Shown: positions 38,214 through 47,410, numbered from the stretch's first letter. The stretch: DNA of 64,000 bases from Alphaproteobacteria bacterium (GCA_965248835.1 CBDFLJ010000001.1:1472001-1536000); one strand, 5' to 3'. Numbers and translations: made by a program. The notes: generated by a model from the sequence alone, not told the origin.

Positions 38214-39386
38214 ATGGCAAACAGGACCAGCCAGGCCGACAGGGACAGAAGGTTCTACGCGCCCTATCTCGATGCGGCGTGGGGGCTCAAGAACCATTGG
38301 TATCCGGGCCTGTTCAGCCACGAGATCGCCGACGGCGAGGTCAAGGGCATCCAGATCGCCGGTGTGCCGATCCTGCTCAGGCGCGCCAAGGGCACGGTGC
38401 ACGCGCTGCTCGACCGCTGCGTCCATCGCGGGGTGAAGCTGTCGCTCCATCCGACCTGCCTGACCGAGGACACCGTGTCCTGCTGGTATCACGGCTTCAC
38501 CTACAACCTCGAGGACGGCGGCCTGGTCTCGATCGTGGCCGCGCCCGACGACGAGATCATCGGCAAGGTCAAGCTGCGCACCTTTCCGGTCCAGGAGTTC
38601 AAGGGCATCATCTTCGTCTTCGTCGGCGATGAAGGCTACGCGCCGGTCCCGCCGCTTTCCGATGACCTGCCGCCGGTCATTGCCGGGGACTACGAATGGC
38701 GCGCGGCCCACCCGCTGGACGAGGACGCGGCGATCCTCGGCATCCATCGCACCGGAAACGCCAACTGGCGGCTCGCGGTCGAGAACGGCTTCGATCCGGG
38801 CCATGTGCTGATCCACCGCGACAACATCCTGGTGCTCGCTTCCGGCCGTTCCCTGGCGCTGGGCTACAAGCCGGTCGATGACGGCGCCATCAAATCCTTC
38901 GAGGGCGACGGCCCCAAGGGTCTGATGAACATGTACGACACCGACAGCTACGAGCCGGTGGTCAAGAACGAGCGGCTCAACCTGACCAGTGCCGCGCGCA
39001 CCGAGTTCAAGTTCGTCGGCATCCGCACCTCGATGTTCCTGCCGGGCGTCTTGATGGTGGAGAACTTCCCCGAACGCGGGCTGGCGCAGTACGAATGGTA
39101 CGTCCCGATCGACGACGAGCGCCACGAGTACTGGCAGATTCTGGTGAAATGGTGTCCGGACGACGACGCGCTTGCCCAGTTCGAATACCGGTTCGAGCAC
39201 TATTACGAGTCGATCGTGCTGCGCGACTTCAACGACCGCGATCTCGATGCGCGCCAGGCGATGCAGCCGTTCTATGCCAATGGCGGCTGGCAGGAGGAAA
39301 ACCTGTGCAGCCTGGACTCGGTGATCGTCGGCTGGCGCAAGCTGGTCTCGCGCTACAACCGCGGCATCCAATCGCCGCAACCCTAG
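38214..39386 (+). CDS. oxoO: Rieske oxygenase of the OxoO/CarAa clade (2-oxo-1,2-dihydroquinoline 8-monooxygenase-like)
   Basis: DAAWGLKNHWYP, CVHRG...CWYHG, ENGFDPGHVLIH, LPGVLMVEN, QYEWYVPI, WRKLVSRYNRGI closely match recalled P. putida 86 OxoO; symbol is provisional. Confidence 0.8.
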   Translation: MANRTSQADRDRRFYAPYLDAAWGLKNHWYPGLFSHEIADGEVKGIQIAGVPILLRRAKGTVHALLDRCVHRGVKLSLHPTCLTEDTVSCWYHGFTYNLEDGGLVSIVAAPDDEIIGKVKLRTFPVQEFKGIIFVFVGDEGYAPVPPLSDDLPPVIAGDYEWRAAHPLDEDAAILGIHRTGNANWRLAVENGFDPGHVLIHRDNILVLASGRSLALGYKPVDDGAIKSFEGDGPKGLMNMYDTDSYEPVVKNERLNLTSAARTEFKFVGIRTSMFLPGVLMVENFPERGLAQYEWYVPIDDERHEYWQILVKWCPDDDALAQFEYRFEHYYESIVLRDFNDRDLDARQAMQPFYANGGWQEENLCSLDSVIVGWRKLVSRYNRGIQSPQP

Positions 39387-39389
39387 ACC

Positions 39390-40412
39390 ATGGCTGACAT
39401 CCGACTGGTCTTTCGCGACGGCCAAGAGCAACGGGTCTCTCCGGAGCCCGGCGAAACCGTGCTCCAGGCCGCGCTGCGCTGTGGCCTGGCGCTGGTTCAC
39501 CAGTGCGAATCGGGAAGCTGCGGGACCTGCATCGTCCGGCTGCTCGACGGCCAGACCGAAACCGTTCCCGGCCGCACGCTCGCGCTCCTGGACGGCGAGG
39601 TGCGCGACGGCTACCGCCTGGCTTGCTCGATCCGCCCGTTGGGCGCCTGCAGCTTCGGGCTCGATTATCCGGCGACCCTGCTCAGTGGACCGCAGCCGGC
39701 GGTCCGCAAGGCGAGGGTGGGGGCGCTCGACTGGGCCTCGCGCTCGGTGATCCGGCTCGACCTGGTGCTCGAGGACGCCGATGATTTCGCCTTCACCGCC
39801 GGCCAGTATGTCCGCATCCGGGTGCCCGGCACCGATCAGTGGCGGTCCTATTCGATGGCCAGCACGCCCGGCGATCTGCCGCGCATGAGCTTCCTGGTCC
39901 GCTATCTCGAAGGCGGCGCGATGTCGGGCTGGCTCGACGAGATCGCCGCGCCCGAAATGGAGATCGAGATCGACGGCCCGATGGGCTCCTTCGGTCTGGT
40001 GGAAAGCGAGGGCCCGATCCTGATGCTCGCAGGCGGGACCGGGCTCGCCCCGTTGCTTGCCATGCTCGATGCGCTGCGCGTCCGCCCGGGTCCGGCGCCT
40101 GACATCGTGCTCGGGTTCGGCTGCAACACCATCGAAGATCTGTTCTGCCTCGACGATCTCGAGCTGCGCGAATTCTGGATGCCGGGCCTGTCCTTGCGGA
40201 TCGCGGTCATGGCGGCGCCCGAAGGCGCGTTCGACGGACAGGTCGGCGATGCGGTCTCGCTGATCGAACCGGCGGATCTGGAGAAGCCGGGCCTTACGTC
40301 CTATCTTTGCGGGCCGCCGGGGATGATCGAGGCGGCGCGAAGCAGGCTGATCGACGGCGGGATCGCGCCGGAGCGCATCCGCAGCGAGCCGTTCCGCCCC
40401 AGCGAAGCCTAG
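39390..40412 (+). CDS. oxoR: Ferredoxin-NAD(P)H reductase component (N-terminal plant-type 2Fe-2S + FAD + NAD), OxoR-like
   Basis: CESGSCGTC...LAC, RSYS, GGAMS, AGGTGLAP, YLCGPPGM, EPF; 3 nt after oxoO-like gene; symbol inferred from context. Confidence 0.78.
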   Translation: MADIRLVFRDGQEQRVSPEPGETVLQAALRCGLALVHQCESGSCGTCIVRLLDGQTETVPGRTLALLDGEVRDGYRLACSIRPLGACSFGLDYPATLLSGPQPAVRKARVGALDWASRSVIRLDLVLEDADDFAFTAGQYVRIRVPGTDQWRSYSMASTPGDLPRMSFLVRYLEGGAMSGWLDEIAAPEMEIEIDGPMGSFGLVESEGPILMLAGGTGLAPLLAMLDALRVRPGPAPDIVLGFGCNTIEDLFCLDDLELREFWMPGLSLRIAVMAAPEGAFDGQVGDAVSLIEPADLEKPGLTSYLCGPPGMIEAARSRLIDGGIAPERIRSEPFRPSEA

Positions 40413-40458
40413 AACATGATCCGAACATGCCCAGCCGGCCAGGAAGGGGACGCACGCA

Positions 40459-41790
40459 ATGGCACATCCCGGGCTTTCCGCCGAACAGAAGGAATGGTTC
40501 GACAAGGCCGATGCGCTGATCGACGAGGATCGGCTCCGCAGGTTCAACTTCGATTTGACCGCGATCCACTGCCCGACGGGGCGCGAGCGGGAAGCGAGCG
40601 AGTTCATGGTCCGGGCGCTCGCCGAGGCGGGGCTGGAGGCGTGGTACCAGCCGATGGGCGAGGAATCGGGCAACGCCGCGGCGCGGTTGAGGGGCAGCGG
40701 CGGAGGACCGAGCCTGCTGCTCTACGCGCCGATCGACACGCACCTTGAAGGCGATGCCGCAACCGACGTCCCATGGGTCGGCCCGCGTCTGCGCGCCGAC
40801 ATGGTGCCCGAGCCCGAGATCCGCGACGGGTTGGTCATCGGGCTCGGCGCGGCCAACCCCAAGGCCATGGTCACCACCCAGGTCGAGGCCGCGCGCGTGG
40901 TGCGTGCCGCCGACGTCCCGCTGAAGGGTGACCTGCTCGTGGCGTTTGCCGGCGGCGGCATGCCGGTCGACCTCGCCGGGCCCGGCAACCGCGGGCTCAG
41001 CGACGGCGTCTTCCACCTGCTGACCCGGGGGGTCTATGCCGATTTCGCGCTGGTGATGAAGCCGGGCAACGCGGTCTATTACGAGGAACCGGGCCTGTGC
41101 TGGTTCAAGGTCTCGGTCAAGGGGACGATGTGCTATGCTGGCATGACGCGCGGCATCCCCGGCTTCCGCAGCTCGATCGTGCCGGCGGCGACCGTGATTA
41201 CCGAGCTCGAGGCCTGGCTGCCGGAATATGCCGAGCGCAACAGCTCCGGCCAGATCATGCCCAATGGCTGGGTCGCCGGCGTCCAATCGGGCTGGCCCGA
41301 ACGGGTCGCCTTCCCCTCGGCGACGACCGAGATCTATCTCGACATCAGGTGCAGCCCGCGCACACCGCCGGCCGAGGTCGCCGCCCAGTTCGGCGAGGCG
41401 GTCGAAGCCATCCGCGCGCGCCACCCGGACTTCGAGCTCGATTGGGAAATGATCGCCTCGATCCCCGGTGCGAGCACCGATCCGGAGAACTGGATCATCC
41501 AATCCGCCACCCGGGCTTGGGAGACGATCGAGGGCAGACCGCACGAGCCGCCGCGCCGGACCGGGGGGCAGACCGACATCTCGACCATCCGCAATCTCGG
41601 CATCCCGACGGCGCGTACCGGTTGGCTCGCCATGCCCGAGACGGCGCCCGAAGAGCTCAAGGAAGGGCTCGGCGGCATGGGCGTCAGCAACCCGCCCGAC
41701 CTCGCCCACACCTGCCGCAAGCTGGTTTATTCGATCATCGACACCTGTATGCGCACCCGCGAGGAGGTCGGCTGCATCGGCCGGCCGTGA
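40459..41790 (+). CDS. M20/ArgE-DapE-fold protein lacking canonical metal ligands
   Basis: Overall ArgE-like layout (PTGRE, NAAARL, SLLLYAPID, GLGAANPK, LKGDL, dimerisation domain, GQTD) with ligand positions substituted. Confidence 0.8.
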   Translation: MAHPGLSAEQKEWFDKADALIDEDRLRRFNFDLTAIHCPTGREREASEFMVRALAEAGLEAWYQPMGEESGNAAARLRGSGGGPSLLLYAPIDTHLEGDAATDVPWVGPRLRADMVPEPEIRDGLVIGLGAANPKAMVTTQVEAARVVRAADVPLKGDLLVAFAGGGMPVDLAGPGNRGLSDGVFHLLTRGVYADFALVMKPGNAVYYEEPGLCWFKVSVKGTMCYAGMTRGIPGFRSSIVPAATVITELEAWLPEYAERNSSGQIMPNGWVAGVQSGWPERVAFPSATTEIYLDIRCSPRTPPAEVAAQFGEAVEAIRARHPDFELDWEMIASIPGASTDPENWIIQSATRAWETIEGRPHEPPRRTGGQTDISTIRNLGIPTARTGWLAMPETAPEELKEGLGGMGVSNPPDLAHTCRKLVYSIIDTCMRTREEVGCIGRP

Positions 41791-41796
41791 GCCGGA

Positions 41797-42864
41797 TCAG
41801 CCGGCCAGCCGGCGGATGATCCGGCGCATGGCAAGCAGACCGTCATCGGCATCGAGCGTGCCGCGCGGGTCGACGTCGCCCGGATTGCCCGCCGCGCCTG
41901 CCAGATCGACCGCCCGCTGCTGGGCCTCGTAGACCGCCAGATCCTCAGGCGGGATCGCCCGCATCTGCTGCTCGAAGACCGCGCGCCGGGCGTCCGGCAC
42001 CCACGCGGCGGGCAGCGAGACCGCCCAGAACTGCCGTGTCGTGCTCGGGCTGACCGGGGTCAGCGCGTGATAGACCACGAACCCCCACAGACCCTGGTCG
42101 TCGATCCAGCCCTCCGGGCCCGGTCCCGCGCCGGCCGCGCAAGAGCCGCTGTTGACGTAGATGTAGGACGGTGGGGTGTAGACGCTGGCCTGCCAGCGGT
42201 CGATGGTTCCGCCATAGCCGGCGTATTCGGTGAACGACGGGGCCGGCGGGATGTTGCTCATCCACCGCGTGACCGTCACGCAATCGCCCTCCACCGTGGT
42301 CGCGATGGACGCGGACTCGGCCAGTGCGCGGTTGCCGGTGGTGGAGGAATGGACGAACGCCAGATGCGACAGGTCGAGCAGGTTGTCGAGGATCAGCCGA
42401 TAGCCGCACCGGGCCTCGATCGTCCCGCTGTGGGTGATCCAGTCTTCGTCGACCAGCCGGGTCTGGAAGTCCGGGACCAAGGCAGGATCGACCCGGTCGG
42501 GATCGCCCATCCAGACGAACACCCAGCCGAGATTTTCCGCCGTCGGGTAGCTGCGGACCCGCGCCCAGCCGGGCACCGAATCCTGGCCCGGCACGTGCAC
42601 GCAGCGCCCGTCGCGGCCAAAGACCAGACCGTGATACCCGCATTCCAGCCGGTCGCCGTCGCGCCGTCCGGCCGACAGCGGCAGGTTGCGGTGCGCGCAG
42701 CGGTCCTCGAGGGCGACCACCGAGCCGTCCTCGGCACGGTACAGCGCCACCATCTCGTCCAGCATGACACGGCCGATCGGCGCGTGGCCGACCTCCTCGC
42801 TCCAGGCCGCGACGTACCACGCCTGGCGGATCAGCGTGCGCGGATCGAATTCGGTATCGGTCAT
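41797..42864 (-). CDS. Rieske non-heme iron oxygenase alpha subunit, VanA-like
   Basis: QAWYVAA, CAH...CGYH, DNLLDLSHLAFVH, EDLAV; ATG 42864. Confidence 0.9.
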   Translation of the reverse strand: MTDTEFDPRTLIRQAWYVAAWSEEVGHAPIGRVMLDEMVALYRAEDGSVVALEDRCAHRNLPLSAGRRDGDRLECGYHGLVFGRDGRCVHVPGQDSVPGWARVRSYPTAENLGWVFVWMGDPDRVDPALVPDFQTRLVDEDWITHSGTIEARCGYRLILDNLLDLSHLAFVHSSTTGNRALAESASIATTVEGDCVTVTRWMSNIPPAPSFTEYAGYGGTIDRWQASVYTPPSYIYVNSGSCAAGAGPGPEGWIDDQGLWGFVVYHALTPVSPSTTRQFWAVSLPAAWVPDARRAVFEQQMRAIPPEDLAVYEAQQRAVDLAGAAGNPGDVDPRGTLDADDGLLAMRRIIRRLAG

Positions 42865-42892
42865 CTCCCCCGCCGAGCTGCCCCGCTCCCGC

Positions 42893-43369
42893 CTATGATA
42901 GCCGCACTCTTGCGCCCAATTCTGCACAATCGGCATCGGTCTTCAGGCCGCAGGCGCGGATTCCGTACACCGCCAGCTCGTCGTCGCGTTCCTGGGCATC
43001 GCCGGTCACGCCGACTGCACCGATAACCTCTGCCCGGTCGTTGCGGATAAGCTGTCCACCGCCTTCGGGAAAGATCCGCTCGCCCGATGCCTTGATCAAA
43101 TAGTCCATGAACATCGGCCGCTCCTCGGCGCGAATGCGCACCAGGTTGGACGACCGTCCGAGCGCCAGCGCCGCATAGGCTTTGCCGTACGCCATCTCGA
43201 AGCGCAGCATGGCGCCGTGGTCCTCTTTCTGGAATGCCTTGAGGACTGCGCCCGGCTCGACCACCACCGCGGCCAGCGGCCGGCAGTCGAGCTCACGCCC
43301 GCGCGCGAAAATCCTGTCGATGACCGCGTTGGCCTGCTCGAGCGTGATCATCGTCCATTGCCTGGGCAT
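42893..43369 (-). CDS. GlcG/HbpS family heme-binding protein (DUF336)
   Basis: ITLEQA, AYGKAYAA, GGGQLI, IGAVGVTG, DDELA; start 43369 or 43351. Confidence 0.85.
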   Translation of the reverse strand: MPRQWTMITLEQANAVIDRIFARGRELDCRPLAAVVVEPGAVLKAFQKEDHGAMLRFEMAYGKAYAALALGRSSNLVRIRAEERPMFMDYLIKASGERIFPEGGGQLIRNDRAEVIGAVGVTGDAQERDDELAVYGIRACGLKTDADCAELGARVRLS

Positions 43370-43390
43370 AACTGTTTCGCGCGAACAGTT
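43370..43390. promoter_or_regulatory. Inverted repeat AACTGTT-N7-AACAGTT, putative operator in a divergent promoter region
   Basis: Perfect 7-bp arms immediately upstream of the GlcG-like gene, in the 143-bp divergent intergenic region. Confidence 0.4.
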
Positions 43391-43512
43391 TCACGAATTC
43401 CGACGCGCTCCGATAGCCGCCCCGCCAAAAAATCCGATGGCCTGCGCGTTTGAGGCGTCCCGCCTGCTCGGCTAGGTTGGGTATCGGTACAACCGCTGCG
43501 TGGAGGAGCCGC

Positions 43513-44664
43513 ATGCCGGTACCGGCCGAGGAGTATGTCGCGCGCACCGCCCGCGCCCGCGCGCTGATGCGCGTGCACGACATGGATGGGCTGGTGGTGA
43601 CCGATGCGACCAGCTTCTTCTATTTCAGCGGTCAGAAGGCGCCTGCCTGGATGAAGCAGCGGCCGAACGTGTTCATCCTGCCGCTCGAAGGCGAGCCGGT
43701 GGTGATCACCTGGTCGGGGCCGGGCATGTTCGCAAGGCTCTATGGCCGGCCCTACCCGTCCTGGGTCGAGGACCGCAGGATCTATCCCGAGACGCCGTTC
43801 AACACCGAAGCGCGGGTCGATTGGGGGATCGCCGAGGCGCTCAGGGACCGCGGGCTCGCCAAGGGTGCGGTCGGCATCGAGCTTGGCCGCGAGACCTGGC
43901 TCGGCATTCCCTATGCCGATTTCATCCGGCTGCAGGAGGACATGCCCGGGGTCCGGTTCGTCGAATCGGGACCGGTGATCTGGGGCTGCCGGATGATCAA
44001 GTCCGAATGGGAGATCGAGGCCCAGCGCCGGGCGTGCGCGATCGGCGGCGCGGCCTGGAAGCGCTGTCTCGCCGAACTCCATGTCGGCATCACCGCAGCG
44101 GAGATCCAGAAGCGCATCATCACCTACTACATGGAGGGCGGCGCCGACCTCGGCTCCGAGCCGCCGATCGCGCTCGGCGCCCGCGGGCCGGGCGGCGCCT
44201 TCCAGGAGGGCGACGTGCTCTATCTCGACGGCGGATGCACCGTGGAGGGCTATCGGATGGACTTCACCCGCCGCGCGGTCTTCGGTGCGCCGAGCGACCG
44301 CCAGCGGCGCGAACACGACGGGATGTGGGAGATCCTCTACAAGGTGATGGAGCGGATGAAGCCCGGCGCGACCCAGGCCGAGATCTTCGCGTATTCCCAG
44401 TCGCTGCTGGCCAAGACCGCGTTCGTCAACTACTCCGACCACCCGGCCAAGCGCATCGGCCACGGGATCGGGCTGGAGACCGAGCCGCCCTCGATGAACC
44501 CGTTCGATCCCAACCCGCTGCAGGTCGGCATGACGCTGACGCCGGAGCCCAAGATCGAATCGGTGGACGGTCTGGTGAACCCGGAGGAGCACGTCGCGAT
44601 CCGCGAACACGGCTGCGAGATCCTGTCGACCGATCCGGGCTGGGAACTGTTCGTGGTGCGCTGA
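43513..44664 (+). CDS. M24 family (Xaa-Pro peptidase/creatinase fold) hydrolase
   Basis: RMIKSEWEI, YLDGG, MDFTR, GHGIG, TPEP, PEEH (D, D, H, E, E ligands); GGAGGAG RBS. Confidence 0.9.
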   Translation: MPVPAEEYVARTARARALMRVHDMDGLVVTDATSFFYFSGQKAPAWMKQRPNVFILPLEGEPVVITWSGPGMFARLYGRPYPSWVEDRRIYPETPFNTEARVDWGIAEALRDRGLAKGAVGIELGRETWLGIPYADFIRLQEDMPGVRFVESGPVIWGCRMIKSEWEIEAQRRACAIGGAAWKRCLAELHVGITAAEIQKRIITYYMEGGADLGSEPPIALGARGPGGAFQEGDVLYLDGGCTVEGYRMDFTRRAVFGAPSDRQRREHDGMWEILYKVMERMKPGATQAEIFAYSQSLLAKTAFVNYSDHPAKRIGHGIGLETEPPSMNPFDPNPLQVGMTLTPEPKIESVDGLVNPEEHVAIREHGCEILSTDPGWELFVVR

Positions 44665-44669
44665 GGCTC

Positions 44670-45668
44670 ATGGTCGAAGCCGGTTCCAGGTTTCCCGAGA
44701 TCCTGCTGCTGACCCGCGCGGACATCGAGGCTGTCGCACCGGACCTGGTCGAGATCGTCGATCTGGCCGAGCGCACCTACTTGATGGAGGCGCGCGGCGA
44801 GGCCGACGTCCCGGTCAAGGTCGGCGTCCATCCCCATGGACGCCACACCTTCCTCCACGCGCTGCCCGCCTGGATCCCGGCCGATCGGGCGCTCGGCATG
44901 AAATGGATCTCCTACTTTCCCGGCAATTTCGAGCGCGGCATGCCCGACTCCTCGGGGCTGATCGTGCTCAACGATCCCGATCACGGCCTGCCGGTGGCCA
45001 TCATGGAAGGCATGTGGATCACCTTCGTGCGCACCGCGGCGTGCGGCGCGGTGGCGGCCCGTCTTTGCGCGATCGAGCATCCGCGCACGCTCGCGCTGAT
45101 CGGCTGCGGCGGGCTGGGCACCTGGTCGCTCCGCGTGCTGTCGGCGATCTACCCGGGGATCACGGAGGTCCGCGTGGCCTCACGGACGCCGGAATCGCGG
45201 CTTGCGTTCTGCGCCCGGATGGCCGCGGAAGGCGACTGGGACCTGCGCCCGGTCGCCGACAACGAACAGGCGGTGCGCGGCGCGGACATTGTCGTCTCCT
45301 CGGTCCCGCAGGGCAGCCACCGTGCGCTCCGCGGCGCGTGGTGGAGCCCGGGCGCGGTCGGGATCGCGCTCGACGTGGTGGCCGCCTGGGACGATCCCGC
45401 CTACCGCATGGTCGATCGGATCGTCGCCGACAGTCTCCCGGCACTGCATCTGGCGCGCGACCGGCGCCGGCCCGACCTCGACCTGCCCGACACGCTCACC
45501 TCCTTTGGCGACATCCTGCTCGGCAACGCCGCGGGCCGGACCGGGCCGGACGAACGCATCATGGCGATCCCGACGGGCATCGGAAGTATCGACATTACGC
45601 TGGGCTGGGAGATATACCGCCGGGCCTTGGCGGCGGGCAGCGGGCGCAAGATCGACCTGCTGTCCTAG
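44670..45668 (+). CDS. Ornithine cyclodeaminase/mu-crystallin family protein
   Basis: GMKWISYFPGN, RTAA, IGCGGLG Rossmann motif, ADIVV; ATG 44670 within ORF 43500..45668. Confidence 0.88.
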   Translation: MVEAGSRFPEILLLTRADIEAVAPDLVEIVDLAERTYLMEARGEADVPVKVGVHPHGRHTFLHALPAWIPADRALGMKWISYFPGNFERGMPDSSGLIVLNDPDHGLPVAIMEGMWITFVRTAACGAVAARLCAIEHPRTLALIGCGGLGTWSLRVLSAIYPGITEVRVASRTPESRLAFCARMAAEGDWDLRPVADNEQAVRGADIVVSSVPQGSHRALRGAWWSPGAVGIALDVVAAWDDPAYRMVDRIVADSLPALHLARDRRRPDLDLPDTLTSFGDILLGNAAGRTGPDERIMAIPTGIGSIDITLGWEIYRRALAAGSGRKIDLLS

Positions 45669-45680
45669 CGGGCCGACCCG

Positions 45681-46790
45681 ATGAGGGGCTTCATGGACGG
45701 ACTTACGACGACATTGACCGAACACAGCCGGCTCGGCCGGCTCGATCCGGACTCCCTGGTGTTCGGCGAGCTGTTCTCCGATCACATGTTCTCGTTGGTC
45801 TATGAGAACGGCGCGTGGCAAAAGCCGGAGATCCTGCCCTACGGGCCGATCGCGATCGAGCCCGGGGTGATGACCATGCACTACAGCCAGATGGTTTTCG
45901 AGGGGCTGAAGGCCTATCGCGGGGTGGACGGGGCGATCCGGCTGTTCCGTCCCGAGCGCAACGCGGCCAGGCTGCGCGCGTCGTGCCGCCGGATGTGCAT
46001 CCCGGAGATCGACGAGGACGTGTTCATCGAGGCGATCGAGGCGCTGGTGCGCATCGACCACCGCTGGGTGCCGGACCGGCCGGGCTGTGCGCTCTACATC
46101 CGGCCGATCGTCTTCAGCACCGAGCAGCACCTCGAAGTCCGCCCCTCGACCACCTTCCGGATGATCATCCTGACCTGTCCCGCCGGGCAATACTTCAAGA
46201 CCGGCGCCGCCGGCCTTTCGCTCAAGGTCGAGGACGTCTTCGCCCGGACCGCGCCGCACGGCGGCGTCGGCGAAGCCAAGACCTCGGCCAACTACGCCAC
46301 AACCTTCCTCGCCGGCCGCCGGGCGCGCGATGACGGCTTCGACCAGGTCCTGTGGCTCGACGGCGGCGCGCACCGCTATGTCGAAGAAGCCGGGTTGATG
46401 AACGTCTTTTTCAAGATCGGCGAGCGGGTGATCACGCCCGCGCTCGACGGCGCGATCCTACCCGGCATCACCAGGGCGAGCGCGGTTACGCTGATCGAGG
46501 ACCACGGCATCGCGGTCGAGCAGCGCCGGCTCGCCATCGACGAGGTGGCCGACGCCTTCGCGCGCGGCGCCATGGAGGAGGTCTTCGTCACCGGCACCGC
46601 AGCGGTGGTGCTGCCGGTCGGCCGGCTTCATCTGAAGGGGGAGGATCTCATGCCGGCACACCGCGACGCCGGGCCGCTGACTCGATGGCTGCACGACGCG
46701 CTCACCGGGATTCAATTCGGCCGCCAGGCCGACCACCGCGGCTGGACCCGGACCGTCGTGCCTCCGCCCGGCGTCGCGAGGACCGCGTGA
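45681..46790 (+). CDS. ilvE: Branched-chain amino acid aminotransferase (PLP class IV)
   Basis: FSDHM, FEGLKAY, LYIRP, AKTSANY (PLP Lys), ILPGITR, GTAAVV. Confidence 0.92.
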   Translation: MRGFMDGLTTTLTEHSRLGRLDPDSLVFGELFSDHMFSLVYENGAWQKPEILPYGPIAIEPGVMTMHYSQMVFEGLKAYRGVDGAIRLFRPERNAARLRASCRRMCIPEIDEDVFIEAIEALVRIDHRWVPDRPGCALYIRPIVFSTEQHLEVRPSTTFRMIILTCPAGQYFKTGAAGLSLKVEDVFARTAPHGGVGEAKTSANYATTFLAGRRARDDGFDQVLWLDGGAHRYVEEAGLMNVFFKIGERVITPALDGAILPGITRASAVTLIEDHGIAVEQRRLAIDEVADAFARGAMEEVFVTGTAAVVLPVGRLHLKGEDLMPAHRDAGPLTRWLHDALTGIQFGRQADHRGWTRTVVPPPGVARTA

Positions 46791-47410
46791 TGGAACGCCT
46801 GTCCAGGGAGATTCTGTCCTTCTGGTTCGGCACCACCGACCTCGGCGCCCCGATCGAACGGCGCCAGATCTGGTTCCGCGCGACGCCCGAGTTCGACGCC
46901 TACCTCGCCCGGACCTATGCCGGGGTTCATGAGCAGGCGGCGGCGGGCGCGCTCGATCACTTCATGAATACTGCCGAGGATTGCCTGACGCTGATCATCG
47001 CTCTGGACCAGTTCCCGCGGAACATCTTTCGCGGCACCGCGCGCGCCTATGCGACCGACGCGAAGGCGCGCACTGTGGCCAGGCACGCGCTCGCCCAGGG
47101 TTATGACCAGGCCTTCTACCGCTGGCCGCGGACGTTCACCTACCTGCCCTTCGAGCACAGCGAGATCCTTGCCGACCAGGAGCGCGGGGTCGCGCTCTAC
47201 CGCACCCTTGGCGACGAGCGCTCCCTGGAGTCGGCCGTGGGCCACTACGAGGCGATCAGGCGCTTCGGCCGCTTCCCCCACAGGAACGCCATGCTCGGCC
47301 GCGTGAGCACCCCGGAGGAGGAAGCGTATCTCAAGGACCCGCCGCTTTGGGGCATGACCGCGGCCCAAGTCGCCGCGCTGGAAGAGCGCAAGGCGTTGGA
47401 GGACGGCTGA
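46790..47410 (+). CDS. DUF924 family protein
   Basis: ILSFWF, LDQFPRNIFRG, YLPFEHSE, RFGRFPHRN; TGATG coupling with ilvE. Confidence 0.9.
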   Translation: MERLSREILSFWFGTTDLGAPIERRQIWFRATPEFDAYLARTYAGVHEQAAAGALDHFMNTAEDCLTLIIALDQFPRNIFRGTARAYATDAKARTVARHALAQGYDQAFYRWPRTFTYLPFEHSEILADQERGVALYRTLGDERSLESAVGHYEAIRRFGRFPHRNAMLGRVSTPEEEAYLKDPPLWGMTAAQVAALEERKALEDG

